Shown here piece after piece: positions 1-12,182 of a DNA stretch of 64,000 nucleotides. A model generated the notes under the pieces. The model was not told the DNA's origin and did no database searches. It was given only the letters and a program-made list of their open reading frames with translations. Source of the DNA: a candidate division WOR-3 bacterium (GTDB lineage Bacteria; Hydrothermota; 32-111); NCBI GenBank assembly GCA_039804105.1, contig JBDRZU010000002.1, positions 320,001 through 384,000 of the forward strand. Reading direction: 5' to 3'. Position 1 is the stretch's first letter, and every line of letters starts with the position of its first letter. The translations under genes and the position numbers were made by a program.

Positions 1-397
1 CAGAATCAACACTACAAATGTATCTATACTTAAAATTGTTATTCTCATAAGTTTTATAAATTTTCTGGTCTTTTAACAGATATGTTGGGAAAAATGAAAC
101 ATCAAAATAGAAACCTTCGAAAAAAATTATTTTGTACTCAAAATCTCCAGAATGGTAGAAAAAATTTTCTTTCTCATCAAAATTGTATCTTTTGTACTTA
201 AGTCCTTCGATTATCGTATCCCCTGTATATTGGATAGTTGAGATATTGTTTTGTTGATCAGAATAATATCTTATGGTATATTTTGTTTCATCTACTAAAA
301 AACTGCCCCCTGTTTTCTGTATTATTTTATAATCAAGATTACAGTTAGAATTGAGTAAACAGAATAATAAGATCAAAATTAAAATTATCTTTTCCAT
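1..397 (-). CDS. Partial putative lipoprotein (runs off the window start)
   Basis: Hand-translated, not in the ORF track: MEKIILILILLFCLLNSNCNLDYK..., open to position 1; hydrophobic signal followed by Cys. Confidence 0.65.
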   Translation of the reverse strand, partial: MEKIILILILLFCLLNSNCNLDYKIIQKTGGSFLVDETKYTIRYYSDQQNNISTIQYTGDTIIEGLKYKRYNFDEKENFFYHSGDFEYKIIFFEGFYFDVSFFPTYLLKDQKIYKTYENNNFKYRYICSVDS

Positions 398-971
398 CTA
401 AAATTTTCTCCCTTGAATATCCAAAAGAAATTCCCCAATATGATTCAAAAAAGTTGTAAAAAAATTTCATTGAAGATGATAAGAATTCACAAAGGCCTCT
501 TTCAACATAATCGTAATCTCTCTTCTCTATTAAAGAGAGTCCGATGTTCGTAAAATAATCCATTCTATAATTGTCCTTATCAACCAGACGAAAAGTGTAT
601 CCTGTTCCAAGATTAAAAAAATTAACACGATAAGTTTCTTTATAGGTTTTATACGAAAAAAGTTCTCCATTTAAAGAAAAAGAAAAATTTTTAAATTGTA
701 ATGTTTGATAATCTATTTTTATACCATTTCCATTTTTCAAGTAATAAGACCAATCACCAAAAGGAATTTTTGTTGTGAAAGAAATTTCAAGATCTTTCGA
801 AAGAATCTGTGTGTATCCAAAAGAAAAAAATATAAAGATAAGTAAAACAATTTGGGCGAAACAGGATTCGAACCTGTGACCTCCTGCTTGTAAGGCAGGC
901 GCTCTCACCAACTGAGCTATCCGCCCTTTAAAGAATGGTATTATATTTATTTTTCTTACCTTAGTCAACAT
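345..971 (-). CDS. Putative outer-membrane beta-barrel-like exported protein; true start uncertain because the frame runs through tRNA-Val
   Basis: Hydrophobic signal-like IVLLIFIFFSFG, alternating aromatic beta-strand pattern, C-terminal Phe. Residues GRIAQ...CFAQ are the translated tRNA. Confidence 0.5.
   Translation of the reverse strand: MLTKVRKINIIPFFKGRIAQLVRAPALQAGGHRFESCFAQIVLLIFIFFSFGYTQILSKDLEISFTTKIPFGDWSYYLKNGNGIKIDYQTLQFKNFSFSLNGELFSYKTYKETYRVNFFNLGTGYTFRLVDKDNYRMDYFTNIGLSLIEKRDYDYVERGLCEFLSSSMKFFYNFFESYWGISFGYSREKILDGKDNFNFDLIILFTQF
853..926 (-). tRNA. tRNA-Val(TAC), CCA not encoded
   Basis: Reverse complement GGGCGGATAGCTCAGTTGGTGAGAGCGCCTGCCTTACAAGCAGGAGGTCACAGGTTCGAATCCTGTTTCGCCCA; anticodon stem CCTGC/GCAGG around TAC. 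Confidence 0.97.
940..968 (-). promoter_or_regulatory. Sigma70-type promoter for tRNA-Val
   Basis: TTGACT-17 nt-TATAAT ending 13 nt before the tRNA 5' end. Confidence 0.8.
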
Positions 972-976
972 AAATT

Positions 977-2293
977 TTATCTCAGATCGGTAAAATCACC
1001 TTTACAAACCTCAACTATACCTTCTTTAATTATATTTTCTATCCTGTACGCTCCCATCGTCGGAGCCCTCATATATCCATCCCAGGCAGCTTCAGCATAC
1101 CTTCCACTTTCAAGTACATAGAAAAGCCAGTCATTAACATATTCAGGTTCATCTTGAGCAAAACCTGAACCTATATGTGTTAACCATCTCTGATTGAAAT
1201 GTTCATGTGCTCCAACTGGAGGTGCTATGATTATTGGAAGACCCAGCGCTGTATAAAAAGATAATTCTGATGGTTTTGTCCATATTATATCAACATTTCT
1301 TAATTCTCTGTTGAAAGTTTCAAAATATGACATCTTCGATCTTTCAAAAATTATTTTTACATTCTCGTTTTTGTTTAAAAAAATTTTTTCAAGTTCAGTT
1401 TCAAAATAATCTTTCACATCCTCTCTTATCCCTGCGACAAGAATCACTCTAACTTTTCCTTCTTTTATTTTATCCTTTAAAGATTTTACTATCTTTATAC
1501 CAATGTCTTTTTGAGCACCAGCACCTCCAACCATATAACATAAGGTTAAAGGTCTATCAACTTTTGAAGGTATTTGTCCAAGATATTTTTCAATAATATC
1601 TTTGTAAACACTTATAAATCTTTCTTTAGGATCAAGTATTTTTATTCTTTTTAAAAGATCCTCTTTCAATATTTCCTGATTTTCACCTATATTTTCTTTT
1701 GGTAAAGGAAAACCTGTGATAAATATATTACAACTATCTACACCATATTTTAAAAGCCTCATTGAAGCATGTCTTGTCGGAGTTAAAAATTTAATTTTAG
1801 ATTTTTTTGGATCATCAGAAACCCATACTCGATTGATATCAGTATCTGTTATGATTGAAAAGATTTTTTCAAAACCGTTGTAATCAGCAGCAAGAGAGGG
1901 GATAAAGTGTGTTGTTATTACAGGTATATCTTTTTCTTCTATATGTTCAAGCAACTCTTTACAAAGTCCCATCTTTATGAGTGTTTTTAAGAAATAAACA
2001 TTTCCGTTTGGATTTTCCAGTTTATTAAAAGGATAAAAAGGTGAAATCGATTGCAACTTATCATACATGTTGAATATCGAACTTCCAATAAAGGGAATGT
2101 TTTTAGCTCTCGAAACTGCTTCATAACCAGATTGTGATGCTCTCCATAGAAATCTTTCTTTCCAATTTGATACATAATCAGTGTTTGCAGTCAAAATCTT
2201 TTCTTCAGCAATATCCTTTAAGGGATAAGCAGCCCTCTGATGTCCGTACCCCATATCAACAGATAAAACCCACGCTCTTTTTTCCATACTCAT
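977..2293 (-). CDS. GT-B fold glycosyltransferase-like protein (MGDG synthase/UgtP-like)
   Basis: N-terminal DMGYGHQRAA, ITTHFIP, VGGAG and C-terminal TKPSELSFYTALGLP motifs. Confidence 0.6.
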   Translation of the reverse strand: MSMEKRAWVLSVDMGYGHQRAAYPLKDIAEEKILTANTDYVSNWKERFLWRASQSGYEAVSRAKNIPFIGSSIFNMYDKLQSISPFYPFNKLENPNGNVYFLKTLIKMGLCKELLEHIEEKDIPVITTHFIPSLAADYNGFEKIFSIITDTDINRVWVSDDPKKSKIKFLTPTRHASMRLLKYGVDSCNIFITGFPLPKENIGENQEILKEDLLKRIKILDPKERFISVYKDIIEKYLGQIPSKVDRPLTLCYMVGGAGAQKDIGIKIVKSLKDKIKEGKVRVILVAGIREDVKDYFETELEKIFLNKNENVKIIFERSKMSYFETFNRELRNVDIIWTKPSELSFYTALGLPIIIAPPVGAHEHFNQRWLTHIGSGFAQDEPEYVNDWLFYVLESGRYAEAAWDGYMRAPTMGAYRIENIIKEGIVEVCKGDFTDLR

Positions 2294-2577
2294 TGCCTTT
2301 TTAAAATTTTTTCATCTTGTCCTATCATGTTCAAATTTTCTCTCACAATCTTTTCAATATAACCTTTATCATTTCTGAGAAAATATATTTTTCTTCTCAG
2401 AAGAATATTTTCAACTTCAGTTTTTTTTAACTGATATTTAAGATTTTTTTCATCGATTTTAGATTTCAAAAGATATATGATGCCCATTTTTGGTTGAAAG
2501 AACAAAAAAAGCAAAGAGATAACAAAGAGTATCAAAAGAAATTTGAAAAAACTTTTATTAGTTTTTCTGTTTAACAT
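2290..2577 (-). CDS. ftsB: Septum formation initiator (FtsB/DivIC family)
   Basis: One TM helix, coiled coil, YIEKIVRENLNM motif; directly downstream of eno (conserved synteny). Confidence 0.75.
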   Translation of the reverse strand: MLNRKTNKSFFKFLLILFVISLLFLFFQPKMGIIYLLKSKIDEKNLKYQLKKTEVENILLRRKIYFLRNDKGYIEKIVRENLNMIGQDEKILKRQ

Positions 2578-5276
<2,699 letters not shown>

Positions 5277-5284
<8 letters not shown>

Positions 5285-6665
5285 TCTTTTTCATCTCCTC
5301 TTCAACTATTTTTACCCATTCTAAAAGGTTATCGTCATCATTTCTTTTTCCAACAAATTGTATCCCGATTGGAAGTTTTTCATAATATCCACCGTTTATG
5401 TTTATAGCTGGAACATTTGCAAGGTTTGCAAATGCGGTTAAAGCATCGGAAAGATGCATTCTCACAGGATCATCCACCCTTTCGCCGATTTTAAAAGGTA
5501 AGGAGAGTGATGTTGGTAAAACCATCATATCATATTTTTCAAAAATTTTATCAACACTATTTGAAATGTAATCTCTGAGTTTGAAAGATAAAGAGTAATA
5601 CTTTCCATTAGCGTACATCAAAAGGTATGTTCCGGTCATTATTCTTCTCTTGACCTCTTTTCCAAAACCTTCTCCTCTCACTTTCGAATATATATCGAAA
5701 AGATCCTGCCCCGAAATTTTTTGCAAACCATACTTTATTCCATCATATCTCGCAAGGTTTGAAGATGCCTCACACATCGTTTGGATTTTGTATGCTGCCA
5801 TCGAGAGATCAATAAAATCAAGCGTTACAGGTTCAACATTAAAACCCATCCTTTCAAGTTTTAAACAAACTTTATCATACAATTCTGTAACTTTCGGATC
5901 AGTATGTGGAATATGTTCCACATAACATATTCTTTTTAAATCCCTTTTTTCATGTTTTAAATCATCAACAGTACTGTCATGTTCATCAATACCTCTTATG
6001 ACATTGAAAACTTTTTTGCAATCCGAAACATTTTTTGTTAATATTCCCACAGTATCAAGTGATGAAGAGAACGCAACAAGTCCATATCTTGAAATTTTTC
6101 CATAGGTTGGCTTAAAACCCACAACACCACAAAATGAGGCAGGTTGTCTGACAGAACCTCCCGTATCCGATCCTATAGAAAATGAAGAGTGATCTGAAGC
6201 TACAGAAGCAGCACTTCCACCACTTGATCCACCTGGTACATAATCTTTCTCACATGGATTTTTTACAACACCAAAATAGGATGTCTCATTAGAAGAACCC
6301 ATAGCAAATTCATCGAGATTGTTTTTACCGATGAGAATCGCTCCAGCTTTTTTCAACCTTTTGTACACCGTTGAATCATACGGGCTTACAAAATCTGATA
6401 AAATTTTTGAACCACAAGTCATTCTCAGACCCTTTACAGCAAAATTATCTTTGAGAGAAAATGGTATCCCATCAAGATCTGAAAGTATTTCTCCCTTTTC
6501 GTATCTTTTCTCTGAAAGGTATGCCTGTTCATATGCAATATTTTTTGACAGAGTTATGAAATCATTGAGTTCATCCTTTTCAATTTTTTCATAGATAAGA
6601 TCAACAATATTTACAGGTGATTTTTCTCTGGATTCAAAAGATTTTTTCAAAAGATCAACATTCAT
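5277..6665 (-). CDS. gatA: Asp/Glu-tRNA amidotransferase subunit A
   Basis: Amidase signature GGSSGGSAA, GSDTGGSVRQPA, SSNLARYDG. Confidence 0.97.
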
Positions 6666-6955
6666 TCTTTCTCCTTAATTATTTTTGGCAGCACTATATA
6701 GTTATTCTTTAAATTTTTTGAATTCATAAGTAAATCCTCTGTCCGAAATTCCTTCTTGGGTTCATCATGGTTGAACAGGGTTAAATATTTCTTATAATAA
6801 TCTCCATCTGAAACATTTTTAAGATTAACCTCTTTTAATATCTTTTCAATATCTGCAAAAATACTATTGATCTGATCGAGAAATTTTATTTTCTCCTCTT
6901 CTTCTAGTTCTATAAACGAGTGTTTTGCGAGTTCCTCTAAAAGTTTCTTATCCAT
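6662..6955 (-). CDS. gatC: Asp/Glu-tRNA amidotransferase subunit C
   Basis: 97 aa, overlaps the gatA start, C-terminal YIVLPKII. Confidence 0.85.
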   Translation of the reverse strand: MDKKLLEELAKHSFIELEEEEKIKFLDQINSIFADIEKILKEVNLKNVSDGDYYKKYLTLFNHDEPKKEFRTEDLLMNSKNLKNNYIVLPKIIKEKE

Positions 6956-6956
6956 A

Positions 6957-9110
6957 TCACTTCCTTGTTAGATTTGCATATTCTGCAAAGATTTTTTTTA
7001 TATCACCGTTTAAAAATTGTATAATAAGTATCTCATCTTCTCCGGAACCTTTTTTCCCTTTTATGATTCCTTCTCCAAAGATCGGATGGAAAACCCTTTC
7101 ATTGATGTTAAATCTGCTTTTTTCAATTTTCATATTTCCCGCATTTTTTGAAATATATTCCTTTTCAAATCTACTACCAGAAGTTGTTCTATCATAAAAA
7201 GAAATCAAATCGTTTTGGAATCCTATCTCATTTAAAAATCTTGAAGGAAATCTTAAAGAAGATTCTCCATAATAGAATCTTTCAGCAGCATATGTAATAT
7301 AAAGATCCTTTTTTGCTCTTGTTAAAGCAACATAGAGCAATCTCCTCTCCTCTTCACAGTTGAAATCATCTTCAAAAGAATTTCTGTGTGGAAAAAGTTC
7401 CTCTTCAAGTCCCGTGATAAAAACTGTTTCAAATTCAAGGCCTTTTGCATTATGAACAGTCATAAGTAAAATTGCATCATCATCTTTATATTCGTCTATA
7501 TCTGTATAGAGTGATATCATATCAAGATAAGACGAAATAGATTTATCCTCATTTTTCAAAACAAACTCTTTTGCTGAGTTTAAAAGTTCCTGAATGTTTT
7601 CAAGCCTTGAGTATTTTTCATTTTTATCCATCTTCTCAAAAACCGTTTCAAAATCGATAGAATCAACCAAAATTTCGAGAGCATTATATACATTATCTTT
7701 ATTTTTTTCAACCGTTTCGATAAGATCCAAAAATTCTTTTATATTGGTTTTTGATTTTTTAGTTGTTGAAGTTTCTCGTTGAAATTCTTTTAAACTTTCC
7801 CACAAAGATATATTTTTTGATTTTGAAGTGTCAGTTATATGTTTTAAAGTAACATCACCAATACCCCTTTTCGGAAAGTTTATGATCCTTTTTAAAGAGA
7901 TTTCATCATTCTTATTCACTGTAAAAGAGAGGTATGAAAGAAGATCTTTTATCTCCTTTCTTTCAAAGAATCTAATATTACCTATTAGTGTGTACCTTAT
8001 ATTATTTTTTCTGAGTATCTCTTCAAATGGTCTTGATTGAGCATTGGTTCTATAGAGTATAGCAAAATCTTTAAATTTTTTATCTGTTCCATTTTTTATT
8101 TCCAAAATTTTATCAACAACAAAAATCGCTTCATCCCTTTCGTCTCGACATTTAACTATTTTAACCCTCTCTCCATCTTCAAAAGATGACCATAAAACTT
8201 TATCCTTTCTCTTCAAATTATTTTTTATAACTCTGTTTGCAACATTTAATATATTCTTTGTGGAACGATAATTCTGTTCGAGTTTTATGATTTTCGTATC
8301 TGGAAAATATTTTTCAAATTCGAGAATATTTTTTAACTCAGCTCCCCTGAATCCATAGATCGATTGGTCGTCATCACCTACAACGGTTATATGGTTATTC
8401 CCATTGAATATATTTTTCAAAATTAAAAATTGAGCATAGTTCGTATCCTGATATTCATCAACAAGTATAAATTTTATTTTTTCAGAAAATTTTCTCTTAA
8501 AATTTTCATTCTCGTTAAAAATGTTCAATGTTTCAACAAGTAGATCATCAAAATCAAAGGCATTATTTTTTCTTAATATATGCTGGTATTCTGAATATAT
8601 ATCCTTCAATTTTGCCTGTTGTTCTTCATCTGTATCAAGATCGTCCGGTAAGATCATGCGATTTTTAAAAGCTGATATTAATTTTTGAACACTTCTGGGA
8701 TCGAGATCCTCTTCTTTTTTTTCTTTGAGAATATTTTTGATAACCATTCTTGAATCATCAACATCGTATATTGTAAAATCTGGATTTTTCATTCTTTCCA
8801 TTCGAAACATTTTTATTATTCTGACACACATCGAATGGAATGTCCCGATCATCATATTTCTAACAGGATATCCCAACAGTTTTTCCACCCTTTCCTTCAT
8901 CTCGTCAGCAGCTTTATTGGTAAAGGTAACAGCAAAAATGTTTCCGGGATACGATAAATTATTTTTAATGAGATAAAAAATTTTGTAAGTTAAAACTCTG
9001 GTTTTTCCTGATCCTGCACCAGCAAGAATAAGTAAAGGAGAATCAAGGTATAAAACCGCTTCTTTTTGTTTATCGTTTAAATCCTTTAAAATGGAGTTTT
9101 CAAAATCCAT
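6957..9110 (-). CDS. pcrA: ATP-dependent DNA helicase PcrA/UvrD
   Basis: AGAGSGKT, DEYQDTN, GDDDQSIYGFRGA, YVALTRAK, C-terminal Tudor-like VFHPIFGEG; start trimmed to MDFENS. Confidence 0.95.
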   Translation of the reverse strand: MDFENSILKDLNDKQKEAVLYLDSPLLILAGAGSGKTRVLTYKIFYLIKNNLSYPGNIFAVTFTNKAADEMKERVEKLLGYPVRNMMIGTFHSMCVRIIKMFRMERMKNPDFTIYDVDDSRMVIKNILKEKKEEDLDPRSVQKLISAFKNRMILPDDLDTDEEQQAKLKDIYSEYQHILRKNNAFDFDDLLVETLNIFNENENFKRKFSEKIKFILVDEYQDTNYAQFLILKNIFNGNNHITVVGDDDQSIYGFRGAELKNILEFEKYFPDTKIIKLEQNYRSTKNILNVANRVIKNNLKRKDKVLWSSFEDGERVKIVKCRDERDEAIFVVDKILEIKNGTDKKFKDFAILYRTNAQSRPFEEILRKNNIRYTLIGNIRFFERKEIKDLLSYLSFTVNKNDEISLKRIINFPKRGIGDVTLKHITDTSKSKNISLWESLKEFQRETSTTKKSKTNIKEFLDLIETVEKNKDNVYNALEILVDSIDFETVFEKMDKNEKYSRLENIQELLNSAKEFVLKNEDKSISSYLDMISLYTDIDEYKDDDAILLMTVHNAKGLEFETVFITGLEEELFPHRNSFEDDFNCEEERRLLYVALTRAKKDLYITYAAERFYYGESSLRFPSRFLNEIGFQNDLISFYDRTTSGSRFEKEYISKNAGNMKIEKSRFNINERVFHPIFGEGIIKGKKGSGEDEILIIQFLNGDIKKIFAEYANLTRK

Positions 9111-9111
9111 A

Positions 9112-10077
9112 TCAAACCTTATAGTACTCTTTAAACCAACTATAAAATCTTTCGATTCCTTCTTCGATACCAATTTTTGGTTCGTAGTTTAAAATTCTTT
9201 TACTTTTTCCCATATCAGCATAGGTTCTTTTCATATCAAAACTTTTTCTTTTTTCTTCAACATAGTTAAATTTTGGAATCAATTTTTTTATTATCCTCAA
9301 TACCTCTTCAATTTTAACAGGCTTCGACGCTCCTATGTTTAAAATATCAAAACCTTTTAAGTTTTCAACATATTCTATACTTCTTGTGATCATCTCAACA
9401 CCATCATCGATATAAGTAAAATCTCTTTCTGTCTGTGAAAACACAACGGATTGTTTCCCTGTGAAATGGTTCAGGAAAAATTTATGTAACATGAGGTCAG
9501 GCCTCTGTGATGGTCCATAAAATGTGAACAACCTTAAAACAAGAACATCCAGACCAAAATTTTTTGAAAAGAATTTTGCGAGATTTTCTCCCTCAACTTT
9601 TGTGACTCCATAAAAAGATATGGGGGAAGGTAAAAAACTCTCTTTAAACGGTATTTTTTTGTTGTTTCCATATACTGATGAAGAAGAGATGAATATTATC
9701 TTTTTGACATTGAACTTTCTTGCACATTCAAAAATGTTAAAACTACCAATGACATTATTATCAAAATAATCTCTCATTTTAAGATTGGATTGGTGAACAC
9801 CAGGAAGAGCAGCAAAATGAATTATAAGATCAATGTTTTTTTCGCTAAAAAAAAATTCAATAATTTTTTTATCTCTGATATCTATGTTGAAAATATTCTT
9901 GTATTTTTTGTTTTTTTCAATCCTTTTAGATAAACTCAGATTGTAAAGTTTCTGTTTTATATCATAAAAATCTGAAAAATTGTCTAATATCGTAATTTCG
10001 AATCTATTGTGATCGAGTTTTTTATAGAGTGAACTCCCTATAAAACCCGCTCCACCGGTTATAAGAATATTTTTCAT
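9112..10077 (-). CDS. NAD-dependent nucleotide-sugar epimerase (UDP-glucuronate 4-epimerase-like)
   Basis: TGGAGFIG, SSSSVYG, YGVTK, FYGPSQRPDL, RDFTYIDD. Confidence 0.85.
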   Translation of the reverse strand: MKNILITGGAGFIGSSLYKKLDHNRFEITILDNFSDFYDIKQKLYNLSLSKRIEKNKKYKNIFNIDIRDKKIIEFFFSEKNIDLIIHFAALPGVHQSNLKMRDYFDNNVIGSFNIFECARKFNVKKIIFISSSSVYGNNKKIPFKESFLPSPISFYGVTKVEGENLAKFFSKNFGLDVLVLRLFTFYGPSQRPDLMLHKFFLNHFTGKQSVVFSQTERDFTYIDDGVEMITRSIEYVENLKGFDILNIGASKPVKIEEVLRIIKKLIPKFNYVEEKRKSFDMKRTYADMGKSKRILNYEPKIGIEEGIERFYSWFKEYYKV

Positions 10078-10083
10078 ATTTTT

Positions 10084-10111
10084 ATGATAACAGAATAATA
10101 ACCGTTGTCAA
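10084..10111 (-). promoter_or_regulatory. Sigma70 promoter, probably giving a leaderless epimerase mRNA
   Basis: TTGACA-16-(TGn)TATCAT, 6 nt before the ATG, no SD. Confidence 0.65.
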
Positions 10112-10123
10112 TCTTTGAAAAAT

Positions 10124-12178
10124 CTATTTTATGTACTGTAATTTGTACAGTTCATAATAATAGTTCCTCTTTGATATCAGCTCCTTATGGTTGCCTTCCT
10201 CTACTATCCTTCCTTTATTCAAAACATAAATTTTGTCTGCATCCTGAATCGTTGATAACCTGTGTGCAATAGCGATGGTTGTTCTGTTTTTCATTATCTT
10301 TGATATAGCATCCTGAATAAGATGTTCTGTTTCGGAATCTATGTTGGATGTTGCTTCATCGAGTATCAAAATTTTTGGTTCTCCAACAAGCGCTCGTGCA
10401 AAAGCAATAAGTTGTCTTTGTCCTGTTGACAGATTTGTTCCCCTTTCATTCAATACGGTATCATACTTTTTTGGAAGTTTGTCTATGAATGTATCAGCGT
10501 TAACATATTTTGAATATTTTTCCATCTTTGCAAAGGAAACATTTCTTGAAAGAAGAATGTTATATTTTATATCGCCCGAGAAAATTACAACATCCTGTAA
10601 TACTAACCCAAAAATATCTCTAAGATCTTTTAGGGATATTTCTTTTATGTTAACTCCATCTATTAAAATCTCTCCCTCGGTTGGGTCATAGAATCTCAGA
10701 AGAAGGTTTATGATTGTGGTTTTTCCTGCACCTGTCGCTCCCACAAAAGCAGCGGAACTGTTCGGTGTTATTTTGAATGAAACATTTCTTAAAACAGGTT
10801 CACCTTTCTTGTATTCAAATGAAACATTTCTAAACTCAACTTCACCTTTAAAATCCTTTAAAACCTTTGGGTTTTCTTTTTCAACTATTGATGATTTCTC
10901 ATCAAGAAGTATAAATATTTTTTCTGATGCTGCCATCGCTCCCTGATAGATATTATATTTTTCTGAAAAATCAAAGATCGGTCTAAAGAAAAGTTCAATG
11001 TATGAGAAAAATGCAAAGAGTATTCCTATCGTGTACTCGCCTCTAAAAATACCCTGACTACCAAAATATATAAGAATCGATAATGTCAAAAAGGATATCA
11101 CATCTATCAAAGGTCTAAAGATTGAGAAAATAAAAAGTTGATTCATGTTTGCGTTATAGAATTCTTTCCCAATCCTGTTAAAATCATCAAAGGACTCTTT
11201 TTCTTTATGAAACGATTGAATCAATGAAATACCACTTATCGATTCGGAAATAAAAGCGTTCAATTTGGCAACAGCAACCCTCACTCTTCTGTATGATATC
11301 CTTGCAAACTTTTGAAAGAATATCAGGATCAAAAATACGAAAGGCAAAGTCAAAAGTATTATCATGCTGAGTTTAAAAGACATTCTTAACATCATTATTA
11401 TAATTCCAATGATCGTTAAAATATCTTTTGCAGAGTAAACAAAAACATCCGTAAAAAGTTCCCTTAAAGCTGCAACATCGTTTGTGGCTCTTGTAACAAG
11501 TTTTCCTATTGGATTTTTGTTGAAAAAATCGATCGATAGATTAAGCATATGCTTTAAAATATCTTCCCTCATATCATACATTATCTTTTCGGAAACAACT
11601 GAAAGTATCAAAACTTGAATATAATTAAAAATGAAAAGCAATATCAGAACAAAAACATAGAGCAAAGCGAACTTTCTCACATTGAATATATCCTCTTTTC
11701 TTATCTGATACAATGTCTCTCGATCAAATTTTAAAATTTCATTTTCTGAAACAAAAATATTTTTTTCACCTTCAAAATATTTGATACCTTTTGCTTTAAT
11801 TTCATTTAAAAACTTTTTCTCAACTGGAAAAAATTTTGTCTCATCAAGAAGGGAATCCTTTTCAAGAATCACAATATCAGATTTTGTAAGTAACTTTGAA
11901 GGTATGATGAAAAATGAATCTACCTGTTCCACATACGATATATTTTTTTTGAATAGATGTTCAGTTTTTTCATTTAAAAAAATTTTTGAATAATTTTTTC
12001 TTATATAACCATCTATCGCTTTTCTTGAAATCTGTGGTAAAACAACCTGTAACCCACTTATGAACAAAAGTAAAATAAAAGTGAAAACTATTTGCCAAAA
12101 ATATTTTCTTGAATAATCCCAGATACCTTTCAAAATTCTTTTATCTGACAGCTTATAACTTCTTTCCTCTTCCATCAA
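10124..12178 (-). CDS. Heterodimeric ABC exporter subunit (BmrD/TM288-like) with a large extracytoplasmic loop
   Basis: TMD plus NBD: GATGAGKTT, LSTGQRQ, ILDEATS, IAHRLST; about 110-aa insert between TM1 and TM2. Confidence 0.9.
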   Translation of the reverse strand: MMEEERSYKLSDKRILKGIWDYSRKYFWQIVFTFILLLFISGLQVVLPQISRKAIDGYIRKNYSKIFLNEKTEHLFKKNISYVEQVDSFFIIPSKLLTKSDIVILEKDSLLDETKFFPVEKKFLNEIKAKGIKYFEGEKNIFVSENEILKFDRETLYQIRKEDIFNVRKFALLYVFVLILLFIFNYIQVLILSVVSEKIMYDMREDILKHMLNLSIDFFNKNPIGKLVTRATNDVAALRELFTDVFVYSAKDILTIIGIIIMMLRMSFKLSMIILLTLPFVFLILIFFQKFARISYRRVRVAVAKLNAFISESISGISLIQSFHKEKESFDDFNRIGKEFYNANMNQLFIFSIFRPLIDVISFLTLSILIYFGSQGIFRGEYTIGILFAFFSYIELFFRPIFDFSEKYNIYQGAMAASEKIFILLDEKSSIVEKENPKVLKDFKGEVEFRNVSFEYKKGEPVLRNVSFKITPNSSAAFVGATGAGKTTIINLLLRFYDPTEGEILIDGVNIKEISLKDLRDIFGLVLQDVVIFSGDIKYNILLSRNVSFAKMEKYSKYVNADTFIDKLPKKYDTVLNERGTNLSTGQRQLIAFARALVGEPKILILDEATSNIDSETEHLIQDAISKIMKNRTTIAIAHRLSTIQDADKIYVLNKGRIVEEGNHKELISKRNYYYELYKLQYIK

Positions 12179-12182
12179 TTTC

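Noticed and set aside
10124..12178. Large loop insertion in the ABC exporter as a novelty
   Set aside because: An extracellular domain at this position is known in BmrD-type subunits.
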